A stretch of 64,000 bases of DNA from an uncultured Acidibacter sp. (GTDB lineage Bacteria; Pseudomonadota; Gammaproteobacteria; Steroidobacterales; Steroidobacteraceae), in assembly GCA_964541625.1 (NCBI GenBank), contig CAZIRD010000002.1, forward strand, positions 6,246 to 70,245, in the 5' to 3' direction. The notes under the pieces were generated by a model. That model was not told where the DNA came from and made no database searches. It saw only the letters and a list, made by a program, of their open reading frames with translations. Positions 1 to 9,089 of this stretch are shown piece after piece; positions within the stretch are counted from its first letter, which is position 1; each line of letters opens with the position of its first letter. The position numbers were made by a program, and so were the translations under genes.

Positions 1-1610
1 AACGCCGTCGCCGCCAGCACCACCAGCAGCGGCCGACGGCCATGCATCGCGCCGCGCAGCCCGGCCTCGTAGGCCGCGGTGAACGCCTGGAAGCGCCGGT
101 CCACGGCCAAGGCGAAGCGACCACGCTGGATACCGCTTGCGAACAGCTTCGAGGCCATCATCGGCGTCAGCGTCAGCGCGACCACCGCGGAAAACCCGAC
201 CGCTGCGGCGACCGTGACGCCGAACTCGCCGAACAGCCGACCGAGCGTGCCCTCCATGTAGGACACCGGCACGAACACGGCCATCAGCACCAGCGTGGTG
301 GCGATCACCGCGAAACCGATTTCCCGGCTGCCGCCGATCGCCGCCAGCAGCGCAGGTTCACCGGCTTCGAGCCGACGCGCGATGTTTTCGAGCACCACGA
401 TGGCGTCATCGACCACGAGGCCGATGGCAAGCACTGCGCCGAGCAGTGTCAGCGTGTTCATCGAGTAACCGAGCGCCGCCATCACCAGCGCCGCGGCGAG
501 GATGGACACCGGGATGGTCACCGTCGGGATCAGCGTCGCGCGCAAGGTACCGAGGAAGGCAAAGATCACGACGAGCACGATGAGCAGCGTCTCGAGCATC
601 ACCGTGACCACCTTTTTCATGGACTCGGCGATGAACACCGTGAAGTCGAGGTTGATCTCGGCATCGATATCTTTCGGCAGCGTCGGCTTGATCTGCGCGA
701 CCTGCTTGCGCACCGCGGACGAGACCTCGAGCACGTTGGCCTTCGAGGTGGGCACGATGCCGATGCTCACGCCGGGCAGCCCGTTGGCACGACCGAGCGA
801 GCGCTCGTCCTCGGCGGCGAGCCGCACCTCCGCCACGTCGCCCAGACGCACGAGATAGCCGTCGGCCGAGCGGCCGATGACCAGCAGGCGGAAGTCGTCC
901 GTGGTGTCCAGCGAAGTGCGCGTGCGCAGCGTGAACTCGCGATCGATCGATTCGACGCGGCCCGCCGGCAACTCGACGTTCTCGCGACGCAACGCCGCCT
1001 CGATATCCGTCACCGTCAACTGGCGCGCCGCCAGCGCCTCGCGATCGAGCCAGACGCGCATCGCGTAACGCCGGCCGCCGCTGGTGCGTACGCTGGCCAC
1101 GCCGGGGACCGCGCCGATGCGGTCGGTGATGTAGCGATCGATATACTCGGTGAGCTCGAGCGCATTGCGGCCGCTGCTCGTGAAATTGATGTACATGATC
1201 GGCTCGGCCGCATCGTCCACCTTGGTGATCTGCGGCGCCTCGGCCTCGTCAGGCAGCCGCGAGGCGACCCGCGAGACACGCTCGCGGACGTCATTGGCGG
1301 CCGCATCGAGATCGCGATCGAGGGCAAACTCGACATTGATGCGCGCGAACTGGTCGAGGCTGGACGAGGTGAGTTTCTCGACGCCCTCGATGCCGGCGAT
1401 CTCGTCCTCCAGCACCTGCGTGACCCGCGACTCGATCACCGTCGCATTGGCGCCACGGTAAAACACCGACACGCCAACGATCGGCCGGCTGACGTCCGGC
1501 AGTTCGCGGATCGGCAGACGCAGCGCGGCCATCACGCCGAGGATCAGCAGCATCAAGGAAATCACCGTCGCGAACACCGGACGGCGGATGGAGAGCTCCG
1601 AGAACCTCAT
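1..1610 (-). CDS. RND-family inner-membrane efflux permease (AcrB/HAE1-like), N-terminal ~536 codons; continues past the left edge
   Basis: Absent from the ORF track because it has no stop in the window. Hand translation of the reverse strand from ATG 1610-1608 gives MRFSELSIRRPVFATVISLMLLILGVMAALRLPIRELPDVSRPIVGVSVFYRGANAT..., a canonical AcrB-type N-terminus. ATGA overlap with the stop of the adaptor gene. Confidence 0.85.
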   Translation of the reverse strand, partial: MRFSELSIRRPVFATVISLMLLILGVMAALRLPIRELPDVSRPIVGVSVFYRGANATVIESRVTQVLEDEIAGIEGVEKLTSSSLDQFARINVEFALDRDLDAAANDVRERVSRVASRLPDEAEAPQITKVDDAAEPIMYINFTSSGRNALELTEYIDRYITDRIGAVPGVASVRTSGGRRYAMRVWLDREALAARQLTVTDIEAALRRENVELPAGRVESIDREFTLRTRTSLDTTDDFRLLVIGRSADGYLVRLGDVAEVRLAAEDERSLGRANGLPGVSIGIVPTSKANVLEVSSAVRKQVAQIKPTLPKDIDAEINLDFTVFIAESMKKVVTVMLETLLIVLVVIFAFLGTLRATLIPTVTIPVSILAAALVMAALGYSMNTLTLLGAVLAIGLVVDDAIVVLENIARRLEAGEPALLAAIGGSREIGFAVIATTLVLMAVFVPVSYMEGTLGRLFGEFGVTVAAAVGFSAVVALTLTPMMASKLFASGIQRGRFALAVDRRFQAFTAAYEAGLRGAMHGRRPLLVVLAATA

Positions 1611-2800
1611 GGCCGCGCTGCAGTCGCGAGATCGCGGACCGGGCCTGCCTCGCGCAGCTTGACCGTGCCCTCGACGACGATGCGCTCACCCGAACGCAGG
1701 CCGCTGGTGATCTCGACGCTGCCGGGGCGGCGCAGCCCGGTGCGCACCTCGCGCTTCTCGGCCTTGCCGTCCGCGACCACATAAACGAACTGCCGGTTCT
1801 GCTCGGGAACCAACGCCTCCTCGGGCACCACCACCGCCAGCCGCTGCTCGCGGCGCAGTTCAACATTGAGGAACATGCCGGGCTTCAGCGCGCCGTCGGC
1901 GTTCGGCAATTCGGCACGCACGAGGACGCTGCGGCTGTCGGCGTCGATGCGCGAGTCGATGCTCGCCACCCGGCCGGCGAAACTGCGCCCCGGATAGACA
2001 CTTGAACTCACCGTCACCGGCAGGCCCGTACGCAGTGCCGTCAGATTGTTCTCCGGGACCGCGAAGTCGACCTTGATGATCGAGGTGTCGTCGAGCGTGG
2101 TGATCACGGTGCCCGGACTGATCAGGCTACCGACGCTCACCCGCCGCAGTCCCACCCGACCGCCGAACGGCGCGCGGATCACGGTGTCCTCGAGGCGCGC
2201 GCGCGCGGCATCGACCCGGGCAGCGTTGGCCGCGCGGGTGGCCGTAATCTGATCGAACTGTGACCGCGACAAAGCCTGGGTCGGCAGCAGTTCCGTGGCG
2301 CGCTGGTACTGGCTCTTGCTCTCGGTGAGTGCCGCCTCGGCGGCCGCGAGGTCGGCACGCGCCTGCGCGCTGTCGAGCTCGACCAGCACGGCGCCGCGCT
2401 CGACTCGCTCGCCGTCGCGAAACCTGACCGCAGCGACCAGGTTGGAATTCTTTGCGGTGATCTCCACGGCCTCGTTGGCCCGCGCCGTGCCCAGCGCCCG
2501 CAGTTCGCGCGCGACCGGCTGCAACTCGACGACCCGCGAGACCACCGTCGCCGGCATACCGCCGAAGCGCCCGCCTCCGCCCGGTTGACGAGGACCGCCG
2601 CCGGGCGGACCACCCGCCCCGGGGGGCATCGCCCCTCGGCCGGGCGGCGTGGCCGCTGCACCTCCCGACATGCCCATGCCGCCGGACATCGCCGGGTTGG
2701 CGCTGCTGCCGGCATGACGGGTGACGTAGATCGCCCAGCCCGCGCACAACAGGGCAATGACGACGCTGGCGATGACGATTGGATTGCGGGCCGAAGACAT
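1607..2800 (-). CDS. RND efflux periplasmic adaptor (membrane fusion protein, HlyD/AcrA family)
   Basis: 397-aa ORF with an N-terminal TM anchor (IVIASVVIALLCAGWAIYV) and a Gly/Pro-rich linker. Coiled-coil plus lipoyl/beta-barrel pattern (AQARADLAAAEAALTESKSQYQRA, VIRAPFGGRVGLR). 4-nt overlap with the RND permease gene. Confidence 0.85.
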   Translation of the reverse strand: MSSARNPIVIASVVIALLCAGWAIYVTRHAGSSANPAMSGGMGMSGGAAATPPGRGAMPPGAGGPPGGGPRQPGGGGRFGGMPATVVSRVVELQPVARELRALGTARANEAVEITAKNSNLVAAVRFRDGERVERGAVLVELDSAQARADLAAAEAALTESKSQYQRATELLPTQALSRSQFDQITATRAANAARVDAARARLEDTVIRAPFGGRVGLRRVSVGSLISPGTVITTLDDTSIIKVDFAVPENNLTALRTGLPVTVSSSVYPGRSFAGRVASIDSRIDADSRSVLVRAELPNADGALKPGMFLNVELRREQRLAVVVPEEALVPEQNRQFVYVVADGKAEKREVRTGLRRPGSVEITSGLRSGERIVVEGTVKLREAGPVRDLATAARP

Positions 2801-2812
2801 CGGCCGATTATC

Positions 2813-2923
2813 TCACGCCCCTCCGGCGTGAACCGGCCAAGAGGCGGTGTACCAGCCAATCGCCGCGGAGGCGACCACCAGCAGGATCAAAATAATGACC
2901 AGCATGATGCGCCGCATCCACAT
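2813..2923 (-). CDS. Possible 36-aa single-TM small protein (unannotated, below the ORF-track cutoff)
   Basis: Hand translation gives MWMRRIMLVIILILLVVASAAIGWYTASWPVHAGGA*. GAGG lies about 10 nt upstream and codons are mostly G/C-ending. It fills the gap between the lipoprotein gene stop (2935) and the adaptor start (2800). Confidence 0.3.
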   Translation of the reverse strand: MWMRRIMLVIILILLVVASAAIGWYTASWPVHAGGA

Positions 2924-2934
2924 GGCGGGCGGCC

Positions 2935-3441
2935 TCAACGCAGCGGCAGCGTGCCCTTCTCGTCGAAGGGAACGGTGCGCAACAGACCGCGTTCGAGCTT
3001 GACCTCACCGCGCAGTCGGTACTCCAGCGTGCGCGGCGTGCTGCCCGCCTTGCGGGCCCGTTCGACCAGCTTGAGCACGGTTCCGGCGAGATTCGCGGTC
3101 ACCAGCATGTCGAACTCCGCCTCGCCACGCGCGGGCACAACGAAACTGCTGCCGGAAAGTCCGCGGCCGAGTTCCTCGCCGCCCAGTTCGATCGTGTAGG
3201 TGATGCCGCGCACGCGCAGTTCGCGCTCGTTCGGGTTTTGTACCTTCATGCGGACGCGCAGTCGCTGCTCGAACAGATCGCCCTGCACGAGTTCGACACC
3301 GGCGATGGCCAACTGCGGCGCCTGCAGCTTGGGCCCGAACACGGCACAGCCCGGCAGCAGCAAGACAGCGGCCAAAAGCACGAAGAAAAACAGCCGGTTA
3401 CGCTGGCGAATCAAGGAACCCGCTCCCGCGGCATGAAACAT
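2935..3441 (-). CDS. LEA type-2 / LEA14-like (water-stress and hypersensitive-response domain) lipoprotein
   Basis: Listed ORF 2935..3600. The internal ATG at 3441 gives MFHAAGAGSLIRQRNRLFFFVLLAAVLLLPGC, a signal peptide with a lipobox. The body (LAIAGVELVQGDLFEQRLRVRMKVQNPNERELRVRGITYTIELGG) resembles the LEA_2 fold family. Confidence 0.7.
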   Translation of the reverse strand: MFHAAGAGSLIRQRNRLFFFVLLAAVLLLPGCAVFGPKLQAPQLAIAGVELVQGDLFEQRLRVRMKVQNPNERELRVRGITYTIELGGEELGRGLSGSSFVVPARGEAEFDMLVTANLAGTVLKLVERARKAGSTPRTLEYRLRGEVKLERGLLRTVPFDEKGTLPLR

Positions 3442-3523
3442 TGCCAATGGCAGTCTACCCGCTGGGCCGCAGGGGCAGTAGGCTCCCATTGAGCGTAGGC
3501 TCCCATCGAGCAAGGAGAGACCC

Positions 3524-4075
3524 ATGCAAAGCCCCGCCTCGTCCAAGAGAGCCCCGACCCGCCGCGCCTTCAGCCTCGCCGCAGGCTGGCTGCTGATCAC
3601 GGCCGTTGCCCTGCTCGCACTGGCTGCCTCGCCGCTGTCGGCCCAGAGCGGCGTACTGGCCGGCGAACCACCGCTCCTCGATCTCGCCAGTTACCCGCAG
3701 GACAGGCTCGGGATCACGACCCGCGACGCCCGGCACGATTTCGACATCTGGATCGCCGACACCCCGGAACGGCAGCGCCAGGGCCTGATGTTCGTGCGCG
3801 ACCTGCCGTCGAGCCAGGGCATGCTGTTCGTCAACGACTCGCCGCGGGTGTCGACGTTCTGGATGAAGAACACCTACATCCCGCTCGACATGCTGTTCAT
3901 CGACGCTCGCGGCCGGATCGTGGCGATCTTCGCCAACACGACGCCGCTGTCGCTGGAACCGGTCGGTCCATCGACCCCGGTCCGGGCGGTACTCGAGCTG
4001 CGCGGCGGCGAGGCCGCGCGCCGCGGCATCCGCAAGGGCGATCGGCTGCTGCATCCGTTGTTTAACCGCCACTGA
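3524..4075 (+). CDS. DUF192 family secreted protein
   Basis: 183 aa with a signal peptide. Motifs ERQRGLMFVRDLPSSQGMLFV, FWMKNTYIPLDMLFID and AVLELRGGEA are characteristic of DUF192 (COG1430). Confidence 0.85.
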   Translation: MQSPASSKRAPTRRAFSLAAGWLLITAVALLALAASPLSAQSGVLAGEPPLLDLASYPQDRLGITTRDARHDFDIWIADTPERQRQGLMFVRDLPSSQGMLFVNDSPRVSTFWMKNTYIPLDMLFIDARGRIVAIFANTTPLSLEPVGPSTPVRAVLELRGGEAARRGIRKGDRLLHPLFNRH

Positions 4076-4082
4076 GCTGCGC

Positions 4083-4118
4083 ACAACACCCACCCCAGTG
4101 CCGGGTGTTGTTTTTTTT
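4083..4118 (+). terminator. Rho-independent terminator after the DUF192 gene
   Basis: 9-bp stem acaacaccc / gggtgttgt, 11-nt loop, followed by T8 (4111-4118). Confidence 0.8.
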
Positions 4119-4274
4119 CAACAATAAAAATCGGCGGATTTTCAATATCCGGCGCGGGTTGTGTTACCCTCGCGCCGCATAATTTCCAGCGTTTGCAGAC
4201 AAAGAAATTATGTTGTGGTCAGGGCACCCCGGCCGCTTCTTCAGCAGTCACTTTCCCGTAAGGAGATCCACTCA

Positions 4275-7265
4275 ATGATCAAGCGTTCCTCAGTGAACGA
4301 CGCCGTAAGGATTGCGGTGCTTGGCGCCGCCATTCCGCTCGCGGTGTCCGCTTCGCTTGCGCAGGCACAAAATGCGGCGCAGGAAGACCTCTCCGAGGTC
4401 GTCGTGACGGGTACCCGCATCAGCGCGCCCGGCATCACGTCCTCGAGCCCCATCCTCTCGGTCACCGCAGCCGACATCGATCAGCTGCAGCAGCCGGAAG
4501 TCGAAAAGATTTTCCGTATCCTGCCGATCACGCTGCCCTCCGACGGCCAGAACGTGAACAACGGCACGGGCGGTGCGGCGACGATCAACCTGCGCGGCCT
4601 CGGTTCGCAGCGCAACCTGATCATGCTCGACGGCAAGCGCCTGACGCCCTACAGCCCGGCGGGTGCGGTCGACACGCAGACCATCCCGACAGCGCTGATC
4701 GAGCGCATCGACATCATCACCGGTGGCGCCTCGGCCGTGTACGGTTCGGACGCCATCTCCGGCGCCATCAACTTCATCACCAAGCGTGACTTCGAAGGCG
4801 TGTCGATCAACACCGACTTCTCGCAGACGAGCGAGAGCGACGGCAAGATCAAGAGCGCCGACGTACTGCTCGGCACCAACATGGCCGACGGTCGCGGCAA
4901 CATCGTGATCGGCCTGAACTACTCCAAGCGCGACGGCGTGCAGCTCGGCGCCCGCCCGCTCGGTCAGCTCGGCATCGTCACCGCCAGCGGCTTCGGTCTG
5001 TCGAACTTCCAGAACGGCATCGCGCCGACCGCGCCGGTCGCCGGCTGCGGCGGCCCGAACTCGGTTGCTGACGGTGGTTCGACCACCACGCTGCCGACCC
5101 GCGTTGCCATCGCCGGTGGTCCCGGCCTCGGCCAGTTCCGTGAGGACGGCACGCTCGGCGCGAACTGCGGCGTGTTCAACTTCAACCCCTACAACTACTA
5201 CCAGACCCCGCAGACCCGCTACGGCGGCACTGCGCTCGGCCACGTAGAGTTCAACGAGCACGCCGAGGTTTACGGCCGTCTCTCGTTCACCAACACCACC
5301 GTCCGTCAGCAGATCGCGCCCTCGGGCGTGTTCGGTTCGGCGTTCTGGACTCCGCTCGCCAACCCGTTCATCTCGGCGCAGGCGCGCACCTTCATCCTCA
5401 ATGCCGCCAATGCTGGCCGTACGGCCACCAACGCGGCCGGCGCTGCGGCGCCGACGGTCGTCACCGCCGGTGCCTTCCCGAACTGGCGCGACCTCAACAA
5501 CAACGGCGTCGTCGACGCGGCCGATGACCTGCGCATCGTCTACCGTCGCCGTACGGTCGAGTTCGGCGAGCGTTCGTCGACCTACGACAACACCACCTGG
5601 CAGTTCCAGCTCGGCGTGCGTGGCGAAATCCTCGGCGGTTGGGACTATGACGTCTCCTTCCAGCGCGGCCAGGCCGATCGTGACGTGACCTCGGCGGGCT
5701 ACACCAACGTGGCCAACATCGAGAACGCCATCAACGCGGTCTCGACCACCGCCTGCCGCACGGGCGGCAGCGCCTGCGTGCCGATCAACCTCTTCGGCGG
5801 CTTCGGCACCATCACCCCGGCGATGGCCGCCTACTCGGCCGCGACCGCGCTCGAGAACCAGATCTACACCCAGCAGATCGGTTCCGCCTCGGTCTCGGGT
5901 CCGGTCGAAGCGATCAAGCTGCCGACCGCGGAGAGCCCGCTGTCGGTGTCGCTCGGCGTGGAGTATCGCGAAGAGTTCGCCGAAACGACTCCGGACGAGT
6001 GCCTCAAGCTCGCCCCGGCGAGCTGCCTGGGCGGCGCGGGTGGCAACACCCTGCCGGTCAAGGGCGGTTACAACGTCAAGGAAGTCTTTGGCGAAGCCAT
6101 CCTGCCGCTCATCACCGGTGCCACGGGTGCGCAGTCCCTCGACCTGGAGCTCGGCTTCCGTTCGTCGGACTACAACATCACGGGTTCCAACGAGACCTGG
6201 AAGGCCGGCCTCTCCTGGCGGCCGATCGACAGCGTTCTCGTGCGCGTGATGAAGCAGCGTGCGGCGCGTGCGCCGAGCGTCGGCGAGTTGTTCGCCCCGC
6301 TCACCGCGAGCCTCGACAACGCACAGATCGATCCCTGCTCGATTGCCAACAAGTCGATCGATGCAACGCTGCGTGCGCGTTGTATCGCCACCGGCATGAC
6401 GGCCGCGCAGGTGGGCACGGTCGAGGACATCGTCGCCGGCCAGATCAACACCTTCTCGGGCAGCGACGTGAACCGTCCGCCGAGCCCCGAAGAGGCTGAC
6501 ACCACCACCTTCGGTGTGGTGTTCACGCCGAACTTCGGCGGTGCGATCAACCGTGCGCAGTTCTCGGTCGACTACTACGACATCGACATCAGCAAGGTGA
6601 TCGGTACCTTCGGCTCGCAGGAAGTGCTCAACCAGTGCTACACCTCGGGCATCAACGAGTCGTGCAGCCGTATCGTCCGCGTGGGCGGCACGCTGACCCT
6701 GCCGGGCTCGGGCATCCAGCTGTACACCACGAACCTCGACTACCTCCGTGCAGAGGGCATCGAGTTCGCGGGCACGCTGGGCTTCGACCTCGGCAATGTC
6801 GGCCAGCTGACGCTGCAGGCGAACATCAACAAGTACCTCACCAAGGAGAGCCAGAGCTCGTCGTTCGCCAAGGTGATCGACTGCAACGGCTACTACGGTA
6901 CGCAGTGCGGCAACCCGCTGCCGGAAATGCGCTGGACGCAGCGCACGAGCTGGAGCAAGGGTCCGTTCGGCGTCTCGATGCTGTGGCGTCACATGGGTTC
7001 GGCCGATATCGAGCCCACGCAGACGGCCGGTACGTTCGCCCAGTTCCGCAAGATCGATGCCTACAACTACTTCGATCTGTCGGCCAGCTGGAACTACAAC
7101 GACAACTTCTCGGTGCAGGTCAGCGCGCTCAACGTGACCAACGAGGATCCGCCGGTTGTGGGTAACGAGGCGGGTACCACGTCCGCCAACAGCGGCAACA
7201 CCTTCCCGAGCGTCTACGACACTCTGGGTCGCGTGTACGCGGTCGGCTTCAACGTGAAGTTCTGA
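4275..7265 (+). CDS. TonB-dependent outer-membrane receptor, large (~1000 aa) type (TBDR-A)
   Basis: The ORF opens at 4161, but AGGAG (4261-4265) precedes ATG 4275. Product MIKRSSVNDAVRIAVLGAAIPLAVSASLAQAQ has a signal peptide. TonB-box/plug motifs are present (EVVVTGTRI, LRGLGSQRNLIMLDGKRL, GGASAVYGSDAISGAINFITK). C-terminal beta-barrel ends ...YAVGFNVKF. Confidence 0.9.
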   Translation: MIKRSSVNDAVRIAVLGAAIPLAVSASLAQAQNAAQEDLSEVVVTGTRISAPGITSSSPILSVTAADIDQLQQPEVEKIFRILPITLPSDGQNVNNGTGGAATINLRGLGSQRNLIMLDGKRLTPYSPAGAVDTQTIPTALIERIDIITGGASAVYGSDAISGAINFITKRDFEGVSINTDFSQTSESDGKIKSADVLLGTNMADGRGNIVIGLNYSKRDGVQLGARPLGQLGIVTASGFGLSNFQNGIAPTAPVAGCGGPNSVADGGSTTTLPTRVAIAGGPGLGQFREDGTLGANCGVFNFNPYNYYQTPQTRYGGTALGHVEFNEHAEVYGRLSFTNTTVRQQIAPSGVFGSAFWTPLANPFISAQARTFILNAANAGRTATNAAGAAAPTVVTAGAFPNWRDLNNNGVVDAADDLRIVYRRRTVEFGERSSTYDNTTWQFQLGVRGEILGGWDYDVSFQRGQADRDVTSAGYTNVANIENAINAVSTTACRTGGSACVPINLFGGFGTITPAMAAYSAATALENQIYTQQIGSASVSGPVEAIKLPTAESPLSVSLGVEYREEFAETTPDECLKLAPASCLGGAGGNTLPVKGGYNVKEVFGEAILPLITGATGAQSLDLELGFRSSDYNITGSNETWKAGLSWRPIDSVLVRVMKQRAARAPSVGELFAPLTASLDNAQIDPCSIANKSIDATLRARCIATGMTAAQVGTVEDIVAGQINTFSGSDVNRPPSPEEADTTTFGVVFTPNFGGAINRAQFSVDYYDIDISKVIGTFGSQEVLNQCYTSGINESCSRIVRVGGTLTLPGSGIQLYTTNLDYLRAEGIEFAGTLGFDLGNVGQLTLQANINKYLTKESQSSSFAKVIDCNGYYGTQCGNPLPEMRWTQRTSWSKGPFGVSMLWRHMGSADIEPTQTAGTFAQFRKIDAYNYFDLSASWNYNDNFSVQVSALNVTNEDPPVVGNEAGTTSANSGNTFPSVYDTLGRVYAVGFNVKF

Positions 7266-7290
7266 TCCGACCCTTTCGGTCCCTGACCGG

Positions 7291-7324
7291 AAAAACGGCG
7301 GGCTTCGGCCCGCCGTTTTTTTTC
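7291..7324 (+). terminator. Rho-independent (potentially bidirectional) terminator after TBDR-A
   Basis: aaaa-acggcgggc-ttcg-gcccgccgt-tttttttt: 9-bp GC stem, tetraloop, A-tract upstream and T-run downstream. Confidence 0.85.
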
Positions 7325-7368
7325 GTCCACGGATTGCCCGTATCGTCGCGGCTCTGCAAAATCGGCGA

Positions 7369-7803
7369 ATGAAATCCCTGCTCGCCACGCTGGCGCTGAC
7401 CATCGCGCTGCTCTTCCCCACCCTCGGATCCGCCCGGCCGGCCGACTCGGACCCGCCTGCAGCGGCCGTGGCGTCCGCGACCGAAGCGGCGACGTCATCG
7501 GCTGCCGCCGCAGCGACCACCGCCTCGCCGGCTGCACCGCCGGCAGCCGCAACCAGCAACGCTGCATCGCCTGTAACCACGGGGCCTGCAACCACGGGGC
7601 CGGCCACCAGCGGTGATGCCGCTAAAACCAGCACCGCCGGCGCGGTGGTCTGCAGAACCGTGCGTGTCACCGGCTCGCGGCTGCGCAAGGAGCGGGTCTG
7701 CTCCACGCAATCTTCGTCACAGGACGCACAGGACTGGCTGAAGCGGCAGCAAGAAAGCGGCGCCAACCGCGGCAGTAGCAGCGACGTCAACGGCGGCGGC
7801 TGA
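7369..7803 (+). CDS. Small secreted Ala/Thr/Pro-rich protein with a C-terminal two-Cys TGSRL module
   Basis: 144 aa with signal peptide MKSLLATLALTIALLFPTLGSA. Low-complexity region includes a TTGPATTGPA repeat, then VVCRTVRVTGSRLRKERVCSTQ...DWLKRQ. The stop lies 1 nt before the next gene. Confidence 0.6.
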   Translation: MKSLLATLALTIALLFPTLGSARPADSDPPAAAVASATEAATSSAAAAATTASPAAPPAAATSNAASPVTTGPATTGPATSGDAAKTSTAGAVVCRTVRVTGSRLRKERVCSTQSSSQDAQDWLKRQQESGANRGSSSDVNGGG

Positions 7804-7804
7804 G

Positions 7805-9067
7805 GTGACCGCGCCGCTGCGAGCGCTGGTCGATGGCGCGATCGCAGCCGCGAGGGTAGGCCGTCACGCTGAGGCGGAGTCCTTGTGGAACGAGGTGCTG
7901 CGCCTCGAGCCCGGGCACCAGCAGGCGCTATTCAGTCTCGGCGTCCACACCCTGCAGCGGGGAGACTTCTCGCGAGCCCGCCAGTTGCTGCTCGAGGCGC
8001 ACCAGCGCGCACCGGACGACCTGCTGGTGCTGATGACGCTTGCCTCGGCCTGTCGCTTCCTGAAAGATCGCGACGGCGAACTCGCCGCCATCGACGCGAC
8101 GCTGGCGCGCGATCCCTACTACCTGCCCGGGCTGCTGGCGCGCGGTTTCTGGCTCGAGAGCCATGCCGATGCCAGCGCGGCAGCCACGGTATTTCGCAAC
8201 GCTCTAAAAGTCGCGCCCGTCGAGACGGCCTGGCCGGATTTCCTGCGCGAGCAGTTGCGACACGCCCGCGAGTTCACGCAACGTTACTCACTCGACTACG
8301 AGCGGCATCTCGACAACCAACTCGACTCACTGGTTGAGGGCTTGCCCGCCACCGCGCGCGCGCGCTGGCGCGAGGCGATATCGATCATGGCGGGACGTAC
8401 GCGACCCTACGTGGCGGAGAGCAATCAGCTGCACGTACCGCGATTGCCGGCGATCCCTTTCTTTGAACGCAGCCTGTTTCCCTGGGCTGCGGCACTCGAG
8501 GCGAAGACGGCGGAAATCCGCGGCGAACTCGAGCAGGCACTGGCATCGCATACCGCAGGCTTCGCGCCCTACATCGGCTATCGGCCCGGCGAGCCGGTCA
8601 ACCAGTGGCAGGAACTCAACCACTCGCCGCGCTGGAACGCCTACCACCTCTGGCGTTCGGGACAGCGCGTCGAAGAAAACCTGCAGCGCTGCCCACTGAC
8701 CGACGCGGCTCTGGCCGGTGTCGGCATGGCAGCCATCGACGGGCTCTGCCCCAATGCGATGTTCTCGGCGCTCGCCCCGCGCACCCGCATCCCGCCGCAC
8801 CATGGCGAGACGAACGCGCGCATCGTGGTGCACCTGCCGCTGATCGTGCCGCCAGGCTGTCGTTACCGGGTGGGTTTCGACGAGTGCGAATGGGAAACCG
8901 GCCGCATCCTCGCCTTCGATGACACGCTGGAACACGAAGCCCGCAATGACGGCGACGCCCTGCGGGTGGTGCTGATCTTTGACGTCTGGAACCCGCTGCT
9001 CTCGCCCGCCGAGTGCGAACTCGTGCGCGCCATGACCACCGCGGCGAGACTGTTCGGGCGCGGCTAG
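7805..9067 (+). CDS. TPR-containing aspartyl/asparaginyl beta-hydroxylase family protein (2OG/Fe(II) oxygenase)
   Basis: 420 aa with a GTG start. N-terminal TPR-like helices. C-terminal PF05118-like motifs (NQWQELNHSPRWNAYHLW, IPPHHGETNARIVVHLPLIVP, LAFDDTLEHEARN). Confidence 0.85.
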   Translation: MTAPLRALVDGAIAAARVGRHAEAESLWNEVLRLEPGHQQALFSLGVHTLQRGDFSRARQLLLEAHQRAPDDLLVLMTLASACRFLKDRDGELAAIDATLARDPYYLPGLLARGFWLESHADASAAATVFRNALKVAPVETAWPDFLREQLRHAREFTQRYSLDYERHLDNQLDSLVEGLPATARARWREAISIMAGRTRPYVAESNQLHVPRLPAIPFFERSLFPWAAALEAKTAEIRGELEQALASHTAGFAPYIGYRPGEPVNQWQELNHSPRWNAYHLWRSGQRVEENLQRCPLTDAALAGVGMAAIDGLCPNAMFSALAPRTRIPPHHGETNARIVVHLPLIVPPGCRYRVGFDECEWETGRILAFDDTLEHEARNDGDALRVVLIFDVWNPLLSPAECELVRAMTTAARLFGRG

Positions 9068-9089
9068 CCGCCGACCGACGCCGCAGGCC

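Noticed and set aside
4119-4274. Possible riboswitch or leader peptide upstream of TBDR-A. This includes a 22-codon uORF (4210-4278, MLWSGHPGRFFSSHFPVRRSTQ*) whose stop overlaps the TBDR start as ATGA.
   Set aside because: I find no B12-box, TPP or other riboswitch core that I recognise. The uORF has no SD, is in an AT-richer leader where short ORFs arise by chance, and has no evident attenuator logic. It is worth only a conservation check.
4290-7790. 1166-aa ORF on the minus strand
   Set aside because: It is antisense to the well-supported TBDR-A gene and the small secreted-protein gene. Its translation is Arg/Ala/Gly/Asp/Val-rich with no recognisable motifs. This is the usual stop-codon-poor shadow frame of GC-rich coding DNA.
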